From Naegleria gruberi (Eukaryota): a DNA stretch of 64,000 nt. The stretch is taken from NCBI GenBank assembly GCA_000004985.1, contig GG738847.1, one strand, 5' to 3'. The notes under the pieces were generated by a model that ran no database searches, was not told the origin of the DNA, and saw only the letters and a program-made list of their open reading frames with translations. A program made the translations under genes and the position numbers. Positions within the stretch are counted from its first letter, which is position 1; the number at the start of each line of letters is the position of its first letter. This document shows positions 12,001-24,000 of this stretch, piece by piece.

Positions 12001-15000
12001 NNNNNNNNNNNNNNNNNNNNNNNNNNNNNNNNNNNNNNNNNNNNNNNNNNNNNNNNNNNNNNNNNNNNNNNNNNNNNNNNNNNNNNNNNNNNNNNNNNNN
12101 NNNNNNNNNNNNNNNNNNNNNNNNNNNNNNNNNNNNNNNNNNNNNNNNNNNNNNNNNNNNNNNNNNNNNNNNNNNNNNNNNNNNNNNNNNNNNNNNNNNN
12201 NNNNNNNNNNNNNNNNNNNNNNNNNNNNNNNNNNNNNNNNNNNNNNNNNNNNNNNNNNNNNNNNNNNNNNNNNNNNNNNNNNNNNNNNNNNNNNNNNNNN
12301 NNNNNNNNNNNNNNNNNNNNNNNNNNNNNNNNNNNNNNNNNNNNNNNNNNNNNNNNNNNNNNNNNNNNNNNNNNNNNNNNNNNNNNNNNNNNNNNNNNNN
12401 NNNNNNNNNNNNNNNNNNNNNNNNNNNNNNNNNNNNNNNNNNNNNNNNNNNNNNNNNNNNNNNNNNNNNNNNNNNNNNNNNNNNNNNNNNNNNNNNNNNN
12501 NNNNNNNNNNNNNNNNNNNNNNNNNNNNNNNNNNNNNNNNNNNNNNNNNNNNNNNNNNNNNNNNNNNNNNNNNNNNNNNNNNNNNNNNNNNNNNNNNNNN
12601 NNNNNNNNNNNNNNNNNNNNNNNNNNNNNNNNNNNNNNNNNNNNNNNNNNNNNNNNNNNNNNNNNNNNNNNNNNNNNNNNNNNNNNNNNNNNNNNNNNNN
12701 NNNNNNNNNNNNNNNNNNNNNNNNNNNNNNNNNNNNNNNNNNNNNNNNNNNNNNNNNNNNNNNNNNNNNNNNNNNNNNNNNNNNNNNNNNNNNNNNNNNN
12801 NNNNNNNNNNNNNNNNNNNNNNNNNNNNNNNNNNNNNNNNNNNNNNNNNNNNNNNNNNNNNNNNNNNNNNNNNNNNNNNNNNNNNNNNNNNNNNNNNNNN
12901 NNNNNNNNNNNNNNNNNNNNNNNNNNNNNNNNNNNNNNNNNNNNNNNNNNNNNNNNNNNNNNNNNNNNNNNNNNNNNNNNNNNNNNNNNNNNNNNNNNNN
13001 NNNNNNNNNNNNNNNNNNNNNNNNNNNNNNNNNNNNNNNNNNNNNNNNNNNNNNNNNNNNNNNNNNNNNNNNNNNNNNNNNNNNNNNNNNNNNNNNNNNN
13101 NNNNNNNNNNNNNNNNNNNNNNNNNNNNNNNNNNNNNNNNNNNNNNNNNNNNNNNNNNNNNNNNNNNNNNNNNNNNNNNNNNNNNNNNNNNNNNNNNNNN
13201 NNNNNNNNNNNNNNNNNNNNNNNNNNNNNNNNNNNNNNNNNNNNNNNNNNNNNNNNNNNNNNNNNNNNNNNNNNNNNNNNNNNNNNNNNNNNNNNNNNNN
13301 NNNNNNNNNNNNNNNNNNNNNNNNNNNNNNNNNNNNNNNNNNNNNNNNNNNNNNNNNNNNNNNNNNNNNNNNNNNNNNNNNNNNNNNNNNNNNNNNNNNN
13401 NNNNNNNNNNNNNNNNNNNNNNNNNNNNNNNNNNNNNNNNNNNNNNNNNNNNNNNNNNNNNNNNNNNNNNNNNNNNNNNNNNNNNNNNNNNNNNNNNNNN
13501 NNNNNNNNNNNNNNNNNNNNNNNNNNNNNNNNNNNNNNNNNNNNNNNNNNNNNNNNNNNNNNNNNNNNNNNNNNNNNNNNNNNNNNNNNNNNNNNNNNNN
13601 NNNNNNNNNNNNNNNNNNNNNNNNNNNNNNNNNNNNNNNNNNNNNNNNNNNNNNNNNNNNNNNNNNNNNNNNNNNNNNNNNNNNNNNNNNNNNNNNNNNN
13701 NNNNNNNNNNNNNNNNNNNNNNNNNNNNNNNNNNNNNNNNNNNNNNNNNNNNNNNNNNNNNNNNNNNNNNNNNNNNNNNNNNNNNNNNNNNNNNNNNNNN
13801 NNNNNNNNNNNNNNNNNNNNNNNNNNNNNNNNNNNNNNNNNNNNNNNNNNNNNNNNNNNNNNNNNNNNNNNNNNNNNNNNNNNNNNNNNNNNNNNNNNNN
13901 NNNNNNNNNNNNNNNNNNNNNNNNNNNNNNNNNNNNNNNNNNNNNNNNNNNNNNNNNNNNNNNNNNNNNNNNNNNNNNNNNNNNNNNNNNNNNNNNNNNN
14001 NNNNNNNNNNNNNNNNNNNNNNNNNNNNNNNNNNNNNNNNNNNNNNNNNNNNNNNNNNNNNNNNNNNNNNNNNNNNNNNNNNNNNNNNNNNNNNNNNNNN
14101 NNNNNNNNNNNNNNNNNNNNNNNNNNNNNNNNNNNNNNNNNNNNNNNNNNNNNNNNNNNNNNNNNNNNNNNNNNNNNNNNNNNNNNNNNNNNNNNNNNNN
14201 NNNNNNNNNNNNNNNNNNNNNNNNNNNNNNNNNNNNNNNNNNNNNNNNNNNNNNNNNNNNNNNNNNNNNNNNNNNNNNNNNNNNNNNNNNNNNNNNNNNN
14301 NNNNNNNNNNNNNNNNNNNNNNNNNNNNNNNNNNNNNNNNNNNNNNNNNNNNNNNNNNNNNNNNNNNNNNNNNNNNNNNNNNNNNNNNNNNNNNNNNNNN
14401 NNNNNNNNNNNNNNNNNNNNNNNNNNNNNNNNNNNNNNNNNNNNNNNNNNNNNNNNNNNNNNNNNNNNNNNNNNNNNNNNNNNNNNNNNNNNNNNNNNNN
14501 NNNNNNNNNNNNNNNNNNNNNNNNNNNNNNNNNNNNNNNNNNNNNNNNNNNNNNNNNNNNNNNNNNNNNNNNNNNNNNNNNNNNNNNNNNNNNNNNNNNN
14601 NNNNNNNNNNNNNNNNNNNNNNNNNNNNNNNNNNNNNNNNNNNNNNNNNNNNNNNNNNNNNNNNNNNNNNNNNNNNNNNNNNNNNNNNNNNNNNNNNNNN
14701 NNNNNNNNNNNNNNNNNNNNNNNNNNNNNNNNNNNNNNNNNNNNNNNNNNNNNNNNNNNNNNNNNNNNNNNNNNNNNNNNNNNNNNNNNNNNNNNNNNNN
14801 NNNNNNNNNNNNNNNNNNNNNNNNNNNNNNNNNNNNNNNNNNNNNNNNNNNNNNNNNNNNNNNNNNNNNNNNNNNNNNNNNNNNNNNNNNNNNNNNNNNN
14901 NNNNNNNNNNNNNNNNNNNNNNNNNNNNNNNNNNNNNNNNNNNNNNNNNNNNNNNNNNNNNNNNNNNNNNNNNNNNNNNNNNNNNNNNNNNNNNNNNNNN

Positions 15001-18000
15001 NNNNNNNNNNNNNNNNNNNNNNNNNNNNNNNNNNNNNNNNNNNNNNNNNNNNNNNNNNNNNNNNNNNNNNNNNNNNNNNNNNNNNNNNNNNNNNNNNNNN
15101 NNNNNNNNNNNNNNNNNNNNNNNNNNNNNNNNNNNNNNNNNNNNNNNNNNNNNNNNNNNNNNNNNNNNNNNNNNNNNNNNNNNNNNNNNNNNNNNNNNNN
15201 NNNNNNNNNNNNNNNNNNNNNNNNNNNNNNNNNNNNNNNNNNNNNNNNNNNNNNNNNNNNNNNNNNNNNNNNNNNNNNNNNNNNNNNNNNNNNNNNNNNN
15301 NNNNNNNNNNNNNNNNNNNNNNNNNNNNNNNNNNNNNNNNNNNNNNNNNNNNNNNNNNNNNNNNNNNNNNNNNNNNNNNNNNNNNNNNNNNNNNNNNNNN
15401 NNNNNNNNNNNNNNNNNNNNNNNNNNNNNNNNNNNNNNNNNNNNNNNNNNNNNNNNNNNNNNNNNNNNNNNNNNNNNNNNNNNNNNNNNNNNNNNNNNNN
15501 NNNNNNNNNNNNNNNNNNNNNNNNNNNNNNNNNNNNNNNNNNNNNNNNNNNNNNNNNNNNNNNNNNNNNNNNNNNNNNNNNNNNNNNNNNNNNNNNNNNN
15601 NNNNNNNNNNNNNNNNNNNNNNNNNNNNNNNNNNNNNNNNNNNNNNNNNNNNNNNNNNNNNNNNNNNNNNNNNNNNNNNNNNNNNNNNNNNNNNNNNNNN
15701 NNNNNNNNNNNNNNNNNNNNNNNNNNNNNNNNNNNNNNNNNNNNNNNNNNNNNNNNNNNNNNNNNNNNNNNNNNNNNNNNNNNNNNNNNNNNNNNNNNNN
15801 NNNNNNNNNNNNNNNNNNNNNNNNNNNNNNNNNNNNNNNNNNNNNNNNNNNNNNNNNNNNNNNNNNNNNNNNNNNNNNNNNNNNNNNNNNNNNNNNNNNN
15901 NNNNNNNNNNNNNNNNNNNNNNNNNNNNNNNNNNNNNNNNNNNNNNNNNNNNNNNNNNNNNNNNNNNNNNNNNNNNNNNNNNNNNNNNNNNNNNNNNNNN
16001 NNNNNNNNNNNNNNNNNNNNNNNNNNNNNNNNNNNNNNNNNNNNNNNNNNNNNNNNNNNNNNNNNNNNNNNNNNNNNNNNNNNNNNNNNNNNNNNNNNNN
16101 NNNNNNNNNNNNNNNNNNNNNNNNNNNNNNNNNNNNNNNNNNNNNNNNNNNNNNNNNNNNNNNNNNNNNNNNNNNNNNNNNNNNNNNNNNNNNNNNNNNN
16201 NNNNNNNNNNNNNNNNNNNNNNNNNNNNNNNNNNNNNNNNNNNNNNNNNNNNNNNNNNNNNNNNNNNNNNNNNNNNNNNNNNNNNNNNNNNNNNNNNNNN
16301 NNNNNNNNNNNNNNNNNNNNNNNNNNNNNNNNNNNNNNNNNNNNNNNNNNNNNNNNNNNNNNNNNNNNNNNNNNNNNNNNNNNNNNNNNNNNNNNNNNNN
16401 NNNNNNNNNNNNNNNNNNNNNNNNNNNNNNNNNNNNNNNNNNNNNNNNNNNNNNNNNNNNNNNNNNNNNNNNNNNNNNNNNNNNNNNNNNNNNNNNNNNN
16501 NNNNNNNNNNNNNNNNNNNNNNNNNNNNNNNNNNNNNNNNNNNNNNNNNNNNNNNNNNNNNNNNNNNNNNNNNNNNNNNNNNNNNNNNNNNNNNNNNNNN
16601 NNNNNNNNNNNNNNNNNNNNNNNNNNNNNNNNNNNNNNNNNNNNNNNNNNNNNNNNNNNNNNNNNNNNNNNNNNNNNNNNNNNNNNNNNNNNNNNNNNNN
16701 NNNNNNNNNNNNNNNNNNNNNNNNNNNNNNNNNNNNNNNNNNNNNNNNNNNNNNNNNNNNNNNNNNNNNNNNNNNNNNNNNNNNNNNNNNNNNNNNNNNN
16801 NNNNNNNNNNNNNNNNNNNNNNNNNNNNNNNNNNNNNNNNNNNNNNNNNNNNNNNNNNNNNNNNNNNNNNNNNNNNNNNNNNNNNNNNNNNNNNNNNNNN
16901 NNNNNNNNNNNNNNNNNNNNNNNNNNNNNNNNNNNNNNNNNNNNNNNNNNNNNNNNNNNNNNNNNNNNNNNNNNNNNNNNNNNNNNNNNNNNNNNNNNNN
17001 NNNNNNNNNNNNNNNNNNNNNNNNNNNNNNNNNNNNNNNNNNNNNNNNNNNNNNNNNNNNNNNNNNNNNNNNNNNNNNNNNNNNNNNNNNNNNNNNNNNN
17101 NNNNNNNNNNNNNNNNNNNNNNNNNNNNNNNNNNNNNNNNNNNNNNNNNNNNNNNNNNNNNNNNNNNNNNNNNNNNNNNNNNNNNNNNNNNNNNNNNNNN
17201 NNNNNNNNNNNNNNNNNNNNNNNNNNNNNNNNNNNNNNNNNNNNNNNNNNNNNNNNNNNNNNNNNNNNNNNNNNNNNNNNNNNNNNNNNNNNNNNNNNNN
17301 NNNNNNNNNNNNNNNNNNNNNNNNNNNNNNNNNNNNNNNNNNNNNNNNNNNNNNNNNNNNNNNNNNNNNNNNNNNNNNNNNNNNNNNNNNNNNNNNNNNN
17401 NNNNNNNNNNNNNNNNNNNNNNNNNNNNNNNNNNNNNNNNNNNNNNNNNNNNNNNNNNNNNNNNNNNNNNNNNNNNNNNNNNNNNNNNNNNNNNNNNNNN
17501 NNNNNNNNNNNNNNNNNNNNNNNNNNNNNNNNNNNNNNNNNNNNNNNNNNNNNNNNNNNNNNNNNNNNNNNNNNNNNNNNNNNNNNNNNNNNNNNNNNNN
17601 NNNNNNNNNNNNNNNNNNNNNNNNNNNNNNNNNNNNNNNNNNNNNNNNNNNNNNNNNNNNNNNNNNNNNNNNNNNNNNNNNNNNNNNNNNNNNNNNNNNN
17701 NNNNNNNNNNNNNNNNNNNNNNNNNNNNNNNNNNNNNNNNNNNNNNNNNNNNNNNNNNNNNNNNNNNNNNNNNNNNNNNNNNNNNNNNNNNNNNNNNNNN
17801 NNNNNNNNNNNNNNNNNNNNNNNNNNNNNNNNNNNNNNNNNNNNNNNNNNNNNNNNNNNNNNNNNNNNNNNNNNNNNNNNNNNNNNNNNNNNNNNNNNNN
17901 NNNNNNNNNNNNNNNNNNNNNNNNNNNNNNNNNNNNNNNNNNNNNNNNNNNNNNNNNNNNNNNNNNNNNNNNNNNNNNNNNNNNNNNNNNNNNNNNNNNN

Positions 18001-21000
18001 NNNNNNNNNNNNNNNNNNNNNNNNNNNNNNNNNNNNNNNNNNNNNNNNNNNNNNNNNNNNNNNNNNNNNNNNNNNNNNNNNNNNNNNNNNNNNNNNNNNN
18101 NNNNNNNNNNNNNNNNNNNNNNNNNNNNNNNNNNNNNNNNNNNNNNNNNNNNNNNNNNNNNNNNNNNNNNNNNNNNNNNNNNNNNNNNNNNNNNNNNNNN
18201 NNNNNNNNNNNNNNNNNNNNNNNNNNNNNNNNNNNNNNNNNNNNNNNNNNNNNNNNNNNNNNNNNNNNNNNNNNNNNNNNNNNNNNNNNNNNNNNNNNNN
18301 NNNNNNNNNNNNNNNNNNNNNNNNNNNNNNNNNNNNNNNNNNNNNNNNNNNNNNNNNNNNNNNNNNNNNNNNNNNNNNNNNNNNNNNNNNNNNNNNNNNN
18401 NNNNNNNNNNNNNNNNNNNNNNNNNNNNNNNNNNNNNNNNNNNNNNNNNNNNNNNNNNNNNNNNNNNNNNNNNNNNNNNNNNNNNNNNNNNNNNNNNNNN
18501 NNNNNNNNNNNNNNNNNNNNNNNNNNNNNNNNNNNNNNNNNNNNNNNNNNNNNNNNNNNNNNNNNNNNNNNNNNNNNNNNNNNNNNNNNNNNNNNNNNNN
18601 NNNNNNNNNNNNNNNNNNNNNNNNNNNNNNNNNNNNNNNNNNNNNNNNNNNNNNNNNNNNNNNNNNNNNNNNNNNNNNNNNNNNNNNNNNNNNNNNNNNN
18701 NNNNNNNNNNNNNNNNNNNNNNNNNNNNNNNNNNNNNNNNNNNNNNNNNNNNNNNNNNNNNNNNNNNNNNNNNNNNNNNNNNNNNNNNNNNNNNNNNNNN
18801 NNNNNNNNNNNNNNNNNNNNNNNNNNNNNNNNNNNNNNNNNNNNNNNNNNNNNNNNNNNNNNNNNNNNNNNNNNNNNNNNNNNNNNNNNNNNNNNNNNNN
18901 NNNNNNNNNNNNNNNNNNNNNNNNNNNNNNNNNNNNNNNNNNNNNNNNNNNNNNNNNNNNNNNNNNNNNNNNNNNNNNNNNNNNNNNNNNNNNNNNNNNN
19001 NNNNNNNNNNNNNNNNNNNNNNNNNNNNNNNNNNNNNNNNNNNNNNNNNNNNNNNNNNNNNNNNNNNNNNNNNNNNNNNNNNNNNNNNNNNNNNNNNNNN
19101 NNNNNNNNNNNNNNNNNNNNNNNNNNNNNNNNNNNNNNNNNNNNNNNNNNNNNNNNNNNNNNNNNNNNNNNNNNNNNNNNNNNNNNNNNNNNNNNNNNNN
19201 NNNNNNNNNNNNNNNNNNNNNNNNNNNNNNNNNNNNNNNNNNNNNNNNNNNNNNNNNNNNNNNNNNNNNNNNNNNNNNNNNNNNNNNNNNNNNNNNNNNN
19301 NNNNNNNNNNNNNNNNNNNNNNNNNNNNNNNNNNNNNNNNNNNNNNNNNNNNNNNNNNNNNNNNNNNNNNNNNNNNNNNNNNNNNNNNNNNNNNNNNNNN
19401 NNNNNNNNNNNNNNNNNNNNNNNNNNNNNNNNNNNNNNNNNNNNNNNNNNNNNNNNNNNNNNNNNNNNNNNNNNNNNNNNNNNNNNNNNNNNNNNNNNNN
19501 NNNNNNNNNNNNNNNNNNNNNNNNNNNNNNNNNNNNNNNNNNNNNNNNNNNNNNNNNNNNNNNNNNNNNNNNNNNNNNNNNNNNNNNNNNNNNNNNNNNN
19601 NNNNNNNNNNNNNNNNNNNNNNNNNNNNNNNNNNNNNNNNNNNNNNNNNNNNNNNNNNNNNNNNNNNNNNNNNNNNNNNNNNNNNNNNNNNNNNNNNNNN
19701 NNNNNNNNNNNNNNNNNNNNNNNNNNNNNNNNNNNNNNNNNNNNNNNNNNNNNNNNNNNNNNNNNNNNNNNNNNNNNNNNNNNNNNNNNNNNNNNNNNNN
19801 NNNNNNNNNNNNNNNNNNNNNNNNNNNNNNNNNNNNNNNNNNNNNNNNNNNNNNNNNNNNNNNNNNNNNNNNNNNNNNNNNNNNNNNNNNNNNNNNNNNN
19901 NNNNNNNNNNNNNNNNNNNNNNNNNNNNNNNNNNNNNNNNNNNNNNNNNNNNNNNNNNNNNNNNNNNNNNNNNNNNNNNNNNNNNNNNNNNNNNNNNNNN
20001 NNNNNNNNNNNNNNNNNNNNNNNNNNNNNNNNNNNNNNNNNNNNNNNNNNNNNNNNNNNNNNNNNNNNNNNNNNNNNNNNNNNNNNNNNNNNNNNNNNNN
20101 NNNNNNNNNNNNNNNNNNNNNNNNNNNNNNNNNNNNNNNNNNNNNNNNNNNNNNNNNNNNNNNNNNNNNNNNNNNNNNNNNNNNNNNNNNNNNNNNNNNN
20201 NNNNNNNNNNNNNNNNNNNNNNNNNNNNNNNNNNNNNNNNNNNNNNNNNNNNNNNNNNNNNNNNNNNNNNNNNNNNNNNNNNNNNNNNNNNNNNNNNNNN
20301 NNNNNNNNNNNNNNNNNNNNNNNNNNNNNNNNNNNNNNNNNNNNNNNNNNNNNNNNNNNNNNNNNNNNNNNNNNNNNNNNNNNNNNNNNNNNNNNNNNNN
20401 NNNNNNNNNNNNNNNNNNNNNNNNNNNNNNNNNNNNNNNNNNNNNNNNNNNNNNNNNNNNNNNNNNNNNNNNNNNNNNNNNNNNNNNNNNNNNNNNNNNN
20501 NNNNNNNNNNNNNNNNNNNNNNNNNNNNNNNNNNNNNNNNNNNNNNNNNNNNNNNNNNNNNNNNNNNNNNNNNNNNNNNNNNNNNNNNNNNNNNNNNNNN
20601 NNNNNNNNNNNNNNNNNNNNNNNNNNNNNNNNNNNNNNNNNNNNNNNNNNNNNNNNNNNNNNNNNNNNNNNNNNNNNNNNNNNNNNNNNNNNNNNNNNNN
20701 NNNNNNNNNNNNNNNNNNNNNNNNNNNNNNNNNNNNNNNNNNNNNNNNNNNNNNNNNNNNNNNNNNNNNNNNNNNNNNNNNNNNNNNNNNNNNNNNNNNN
20801 NNNNNNNNNNNNNNNNNNNNNNNNNNNNNNNNNNNNNNNNNNNNNNNNNNNNNNNNNNNNNNNNNNNNNNNNNNNNNNNNNNNNNNNNNNNNNNNNNNNN
20901 NNNNNNNNNNNNNNNNNNNNNNNNNNNNNNNNNNNNNNNNNNNNNNNNNNNNNNNNNNNNNNNNNNNNNNNNNNNNNNNNNNNNNNNNNNNNNNNNNNNN

Positions 21001-24000
21001 NNNNNNNNNNNNNNNNNNNNNNNNNNNNNNNNNNNNNNNNNNNNNNNNNNNNNNNNNNNNNNNNNNNNNNNNNNNNNNNNNNNNNNNNNNNNNNNNNNNN
21101 NNNNNNNNNNNNNNNNNNNNNNNNNNNNNNNNNNNNNNNNNNNNNNNNNNNNNNNNNNNNNNNNNNNNNNNNNNNNNNNNNNNNNNNNNNNNNNNNNNNN
21201 NNNNNNNNNNNNNNNNNNNNNNNNNNNNNNNNNNNNNNNNNNNNNNNNNNNNNNNNNNNNNNNNNNNNNNNNNNNNNNNNNNNNNNNNNNNNNNNNNNNN
21301 NNNNNNNNNNNNNNNNNNNNNNNNNNNNNNNNNNNNNNNNNNNNNNNNNNNNNNNNNNNNNNNNNNNNNNNNNNNNNNNNNNNNNNNNNNNNNNNNNNNN
21401 NNNNNNNNNNNNNNNNNNNNNNNNNNNNNNNNNNNNNNNNNNNNNNNNNNNNNNNNNNNNNNNNNNNNNNNNNNNNNNNNNNNNNNNNNNNNNNNNNNNN
21501 NNNNNNNNNNNNNNNNNNNNNNNNNNNNNNNNNNNNNNNNNNNNNNNNNNNNNNNNNNNNNNNNNNNNNNNNNNNNNNNNNNNNNNNNNNNNNNNNNNNN
21601 NNNNNNNNNNNNNNNNNNNNNNNNNNNNNNNNNNNNNNNNNNNNNNNNNNNNNNNNNNNNNNNNNNNNNNNNNNNNNNNNNNNNNNNNNNNNNNNNNNNN
21701 NNNNNNNNNNNNNNNNNNNNNNNNNNNNNNNNNNNNNNNNNNNNNNNNNNNNNNNNNNNNNNNNNNNNNNNNNNNNNNNNNNNNNNNNNNNNNNNNNNNN
21801 NNNNNNNNNNNNNNNNNNNNNNNNNNNNNNNNNNNNNNNNNNNNNNNNNNNNNNNNNNNNNNNNNNNNNNNNNNNNNNNNNNNNNNNNNNNNNNNNNNNN
21901 NNNNNNNNNNNNNNNNNNNNNNNNNNNNNNNNNNNNNNNNNNNNNNNNNNNNNNNNNNNNNNNNNNNNNNNNNNNNNNNNNNNNNNNNNNNNNNNNNNNN
22001 NNNNNNNNNNNNNNNNNNNNNNNNNNNNNNNNNNNNNNNNNNNNNNNNNNNNNNNNNNNNNNNNNNNNNNNNNNNNNNNNNNNNNNNNNNNNNNNNNNNN
22101 NNNNNNNNNNNNNNNNNNNNNNNNNNNNNNNNNNNNNNNNNNNNNNNNNNNNNNNNNNNNNNNNNNNNNNNNNNNNNNNNNNNNNNNNNNNNNNNNNNNN
22201 NNNNNNNNNNNNNNNNNNNNNNNNNNNNNNNNNNNNNNNNNNNNNNNNNNNNNNNNNNNNNNNNNNNNNNNNNNNNNNNNNNNNNNNNNNNNNNNNNNNN
22301 NNNNNNNNNNNNNNNNNNNNNNNNNNNNNNNNNNNNNNNNNNNNNNNNNNNNNNNNNNNNNNNNNNNNNNNNNNNNNNNNNNNNNNNNNNNNNNNNNNNN
22401 NNNNNNNNNNNNNNNNNNNNNNNNNNNNNNNNNNNNNNNNNNNNNNNNNNNNNNNNNNNNNNNNNNNNNNNNNNNNNNNNNNNNNNNNNNNNNNNNNNNN
22501 NNNNNNNNNNNNNNNNNNNNNNNNNNNNNNNNNNNNNNNNNNNNNNNNNNNNNNNNNNNNNNNNNNNNNNNNNNNNNNNNNNNNNNNNNNNNNNNNNNNN
22601 NNNNNNNNNNNNNNNNNNNNNNNNNNNNNNNNNNNNNNNNNNNNNNNNNNNNNNNNNNNNNNNNNNNNNNNNNNNNNNNNNNNNNNNNNNNNNNNNNNNN
22701 NNNNNNNNNNNNNNNNNNNNNNNNNNNNNNNNNNNNNNNNNNNNNNNNNNNNNNNNNNNNNNNNNNNNNNNNNNNNNNNNNNNNNNNNNNNNNNNNNNNN
22801 NNNNNNNNNNNNNNNNNNNNNNNNNNNNNNNNNNNNNNNNNNNNNNNNNNNNNNNNNNNNNNNNNNNNNNNNNNNNNNNNNNNNNNNNNNNNNNNNNNNN
22901 NNNNNNNNNNNNNNNNNNNNNNNNNNNNNNNNNNNNNNNNNNNNNNNNNNNNNNNNNNNNNNNNNNNNNNNNNNNNNNNNNNNNNNNNNNNNNNNNNNNN
23001 NNNNNNNNNNNNNNNNNNNNNNNNNNNNNNNNNNNNNNNNNNNNNNNNNNNNNNNNNNNNNNNNNNNNNNNNNNNNNNNNNNNNNNNNNNNNNNNNNNNN
23101 NNNNNNNNNNNNNNNNNNNNNNNNNNNNNNNNNNNNNNNNNNNNNNNNNNNNNNNNNNNNNNNNNNNNNNNNNNNNNNNNNNNNNNNNNNNNNNNNNNNN
23201 NNNNNNNNNNNNNNNNNNNNNNNNNNNNNNNNNNNNNNNNNNNNNNNNNNNNNNNNNNNNNNNNNNNNNNNNNNNNNNNNNNNNNNNNNNNNNNNNNNNN
23301 NNNNNNNNNNNNNNNNNNNNNNNNNNNNNNNNNNNNNNNNNNNNNNNNNNNNNNNNNNNNNNNNNNNNNNNNNNNNNNNNNNNNNNNNNNNNNNNNNNNN
23401 NNNNNNNNNNNNNNNNNNNNNNNNNNNNNNNNNNNNNNNNNNNNNNNNNNNNNNNNNNNNNNNNNNNNNNNNNNNNNNNNNNNNNNNNNNNNNNNNNNNN
23501 NNNNNNNNNNNNNNNNNNNNNNNNNNNNNNNNNNNNNNNNNNNNNNNNNNNNNNNNNNNNNNNNNNNNNNNNNNNNNNNNNNNNNNNNNNNNNNNNNNNN
23601 NNNNNNNNNNNNNNNNNNNNNNNNNNNNNNNNNNNNNNNNNNNNNNNNNNNNNNNNNNNNNNNNNNNNNNNNNNNNNNNNNNNNNNNNNNNNNNNNNNNN
23701 NNNNNNNNNNNNNNNNNNNNNNNNNNNNNNNNNNNNNNNNNNNNNNNNNNNNNNNNNNNNNNNNNNNNNNNNNNNNNNNNNNNNNNNNNNNNNNNNNNNN
23801 NNNNNNNNNNNNNNNNNNNNNNNNNNNNNNNNNNNNNNNNNNNNNNNNNNNNNNNNNNNNNNNNNNNNNNNNNNNNNNNNNNNNNNNNNNNNNNNNNNNN
23901 NNNNNNNNNNNNNNNNNNNNNNNNNNNNNNNNNNNNNNNNNNNNNNNNNNNNNNNNNNNNNNNNNNNNNNNNNNNNNNNNNNNNNNNNNNNNNNNNNNNN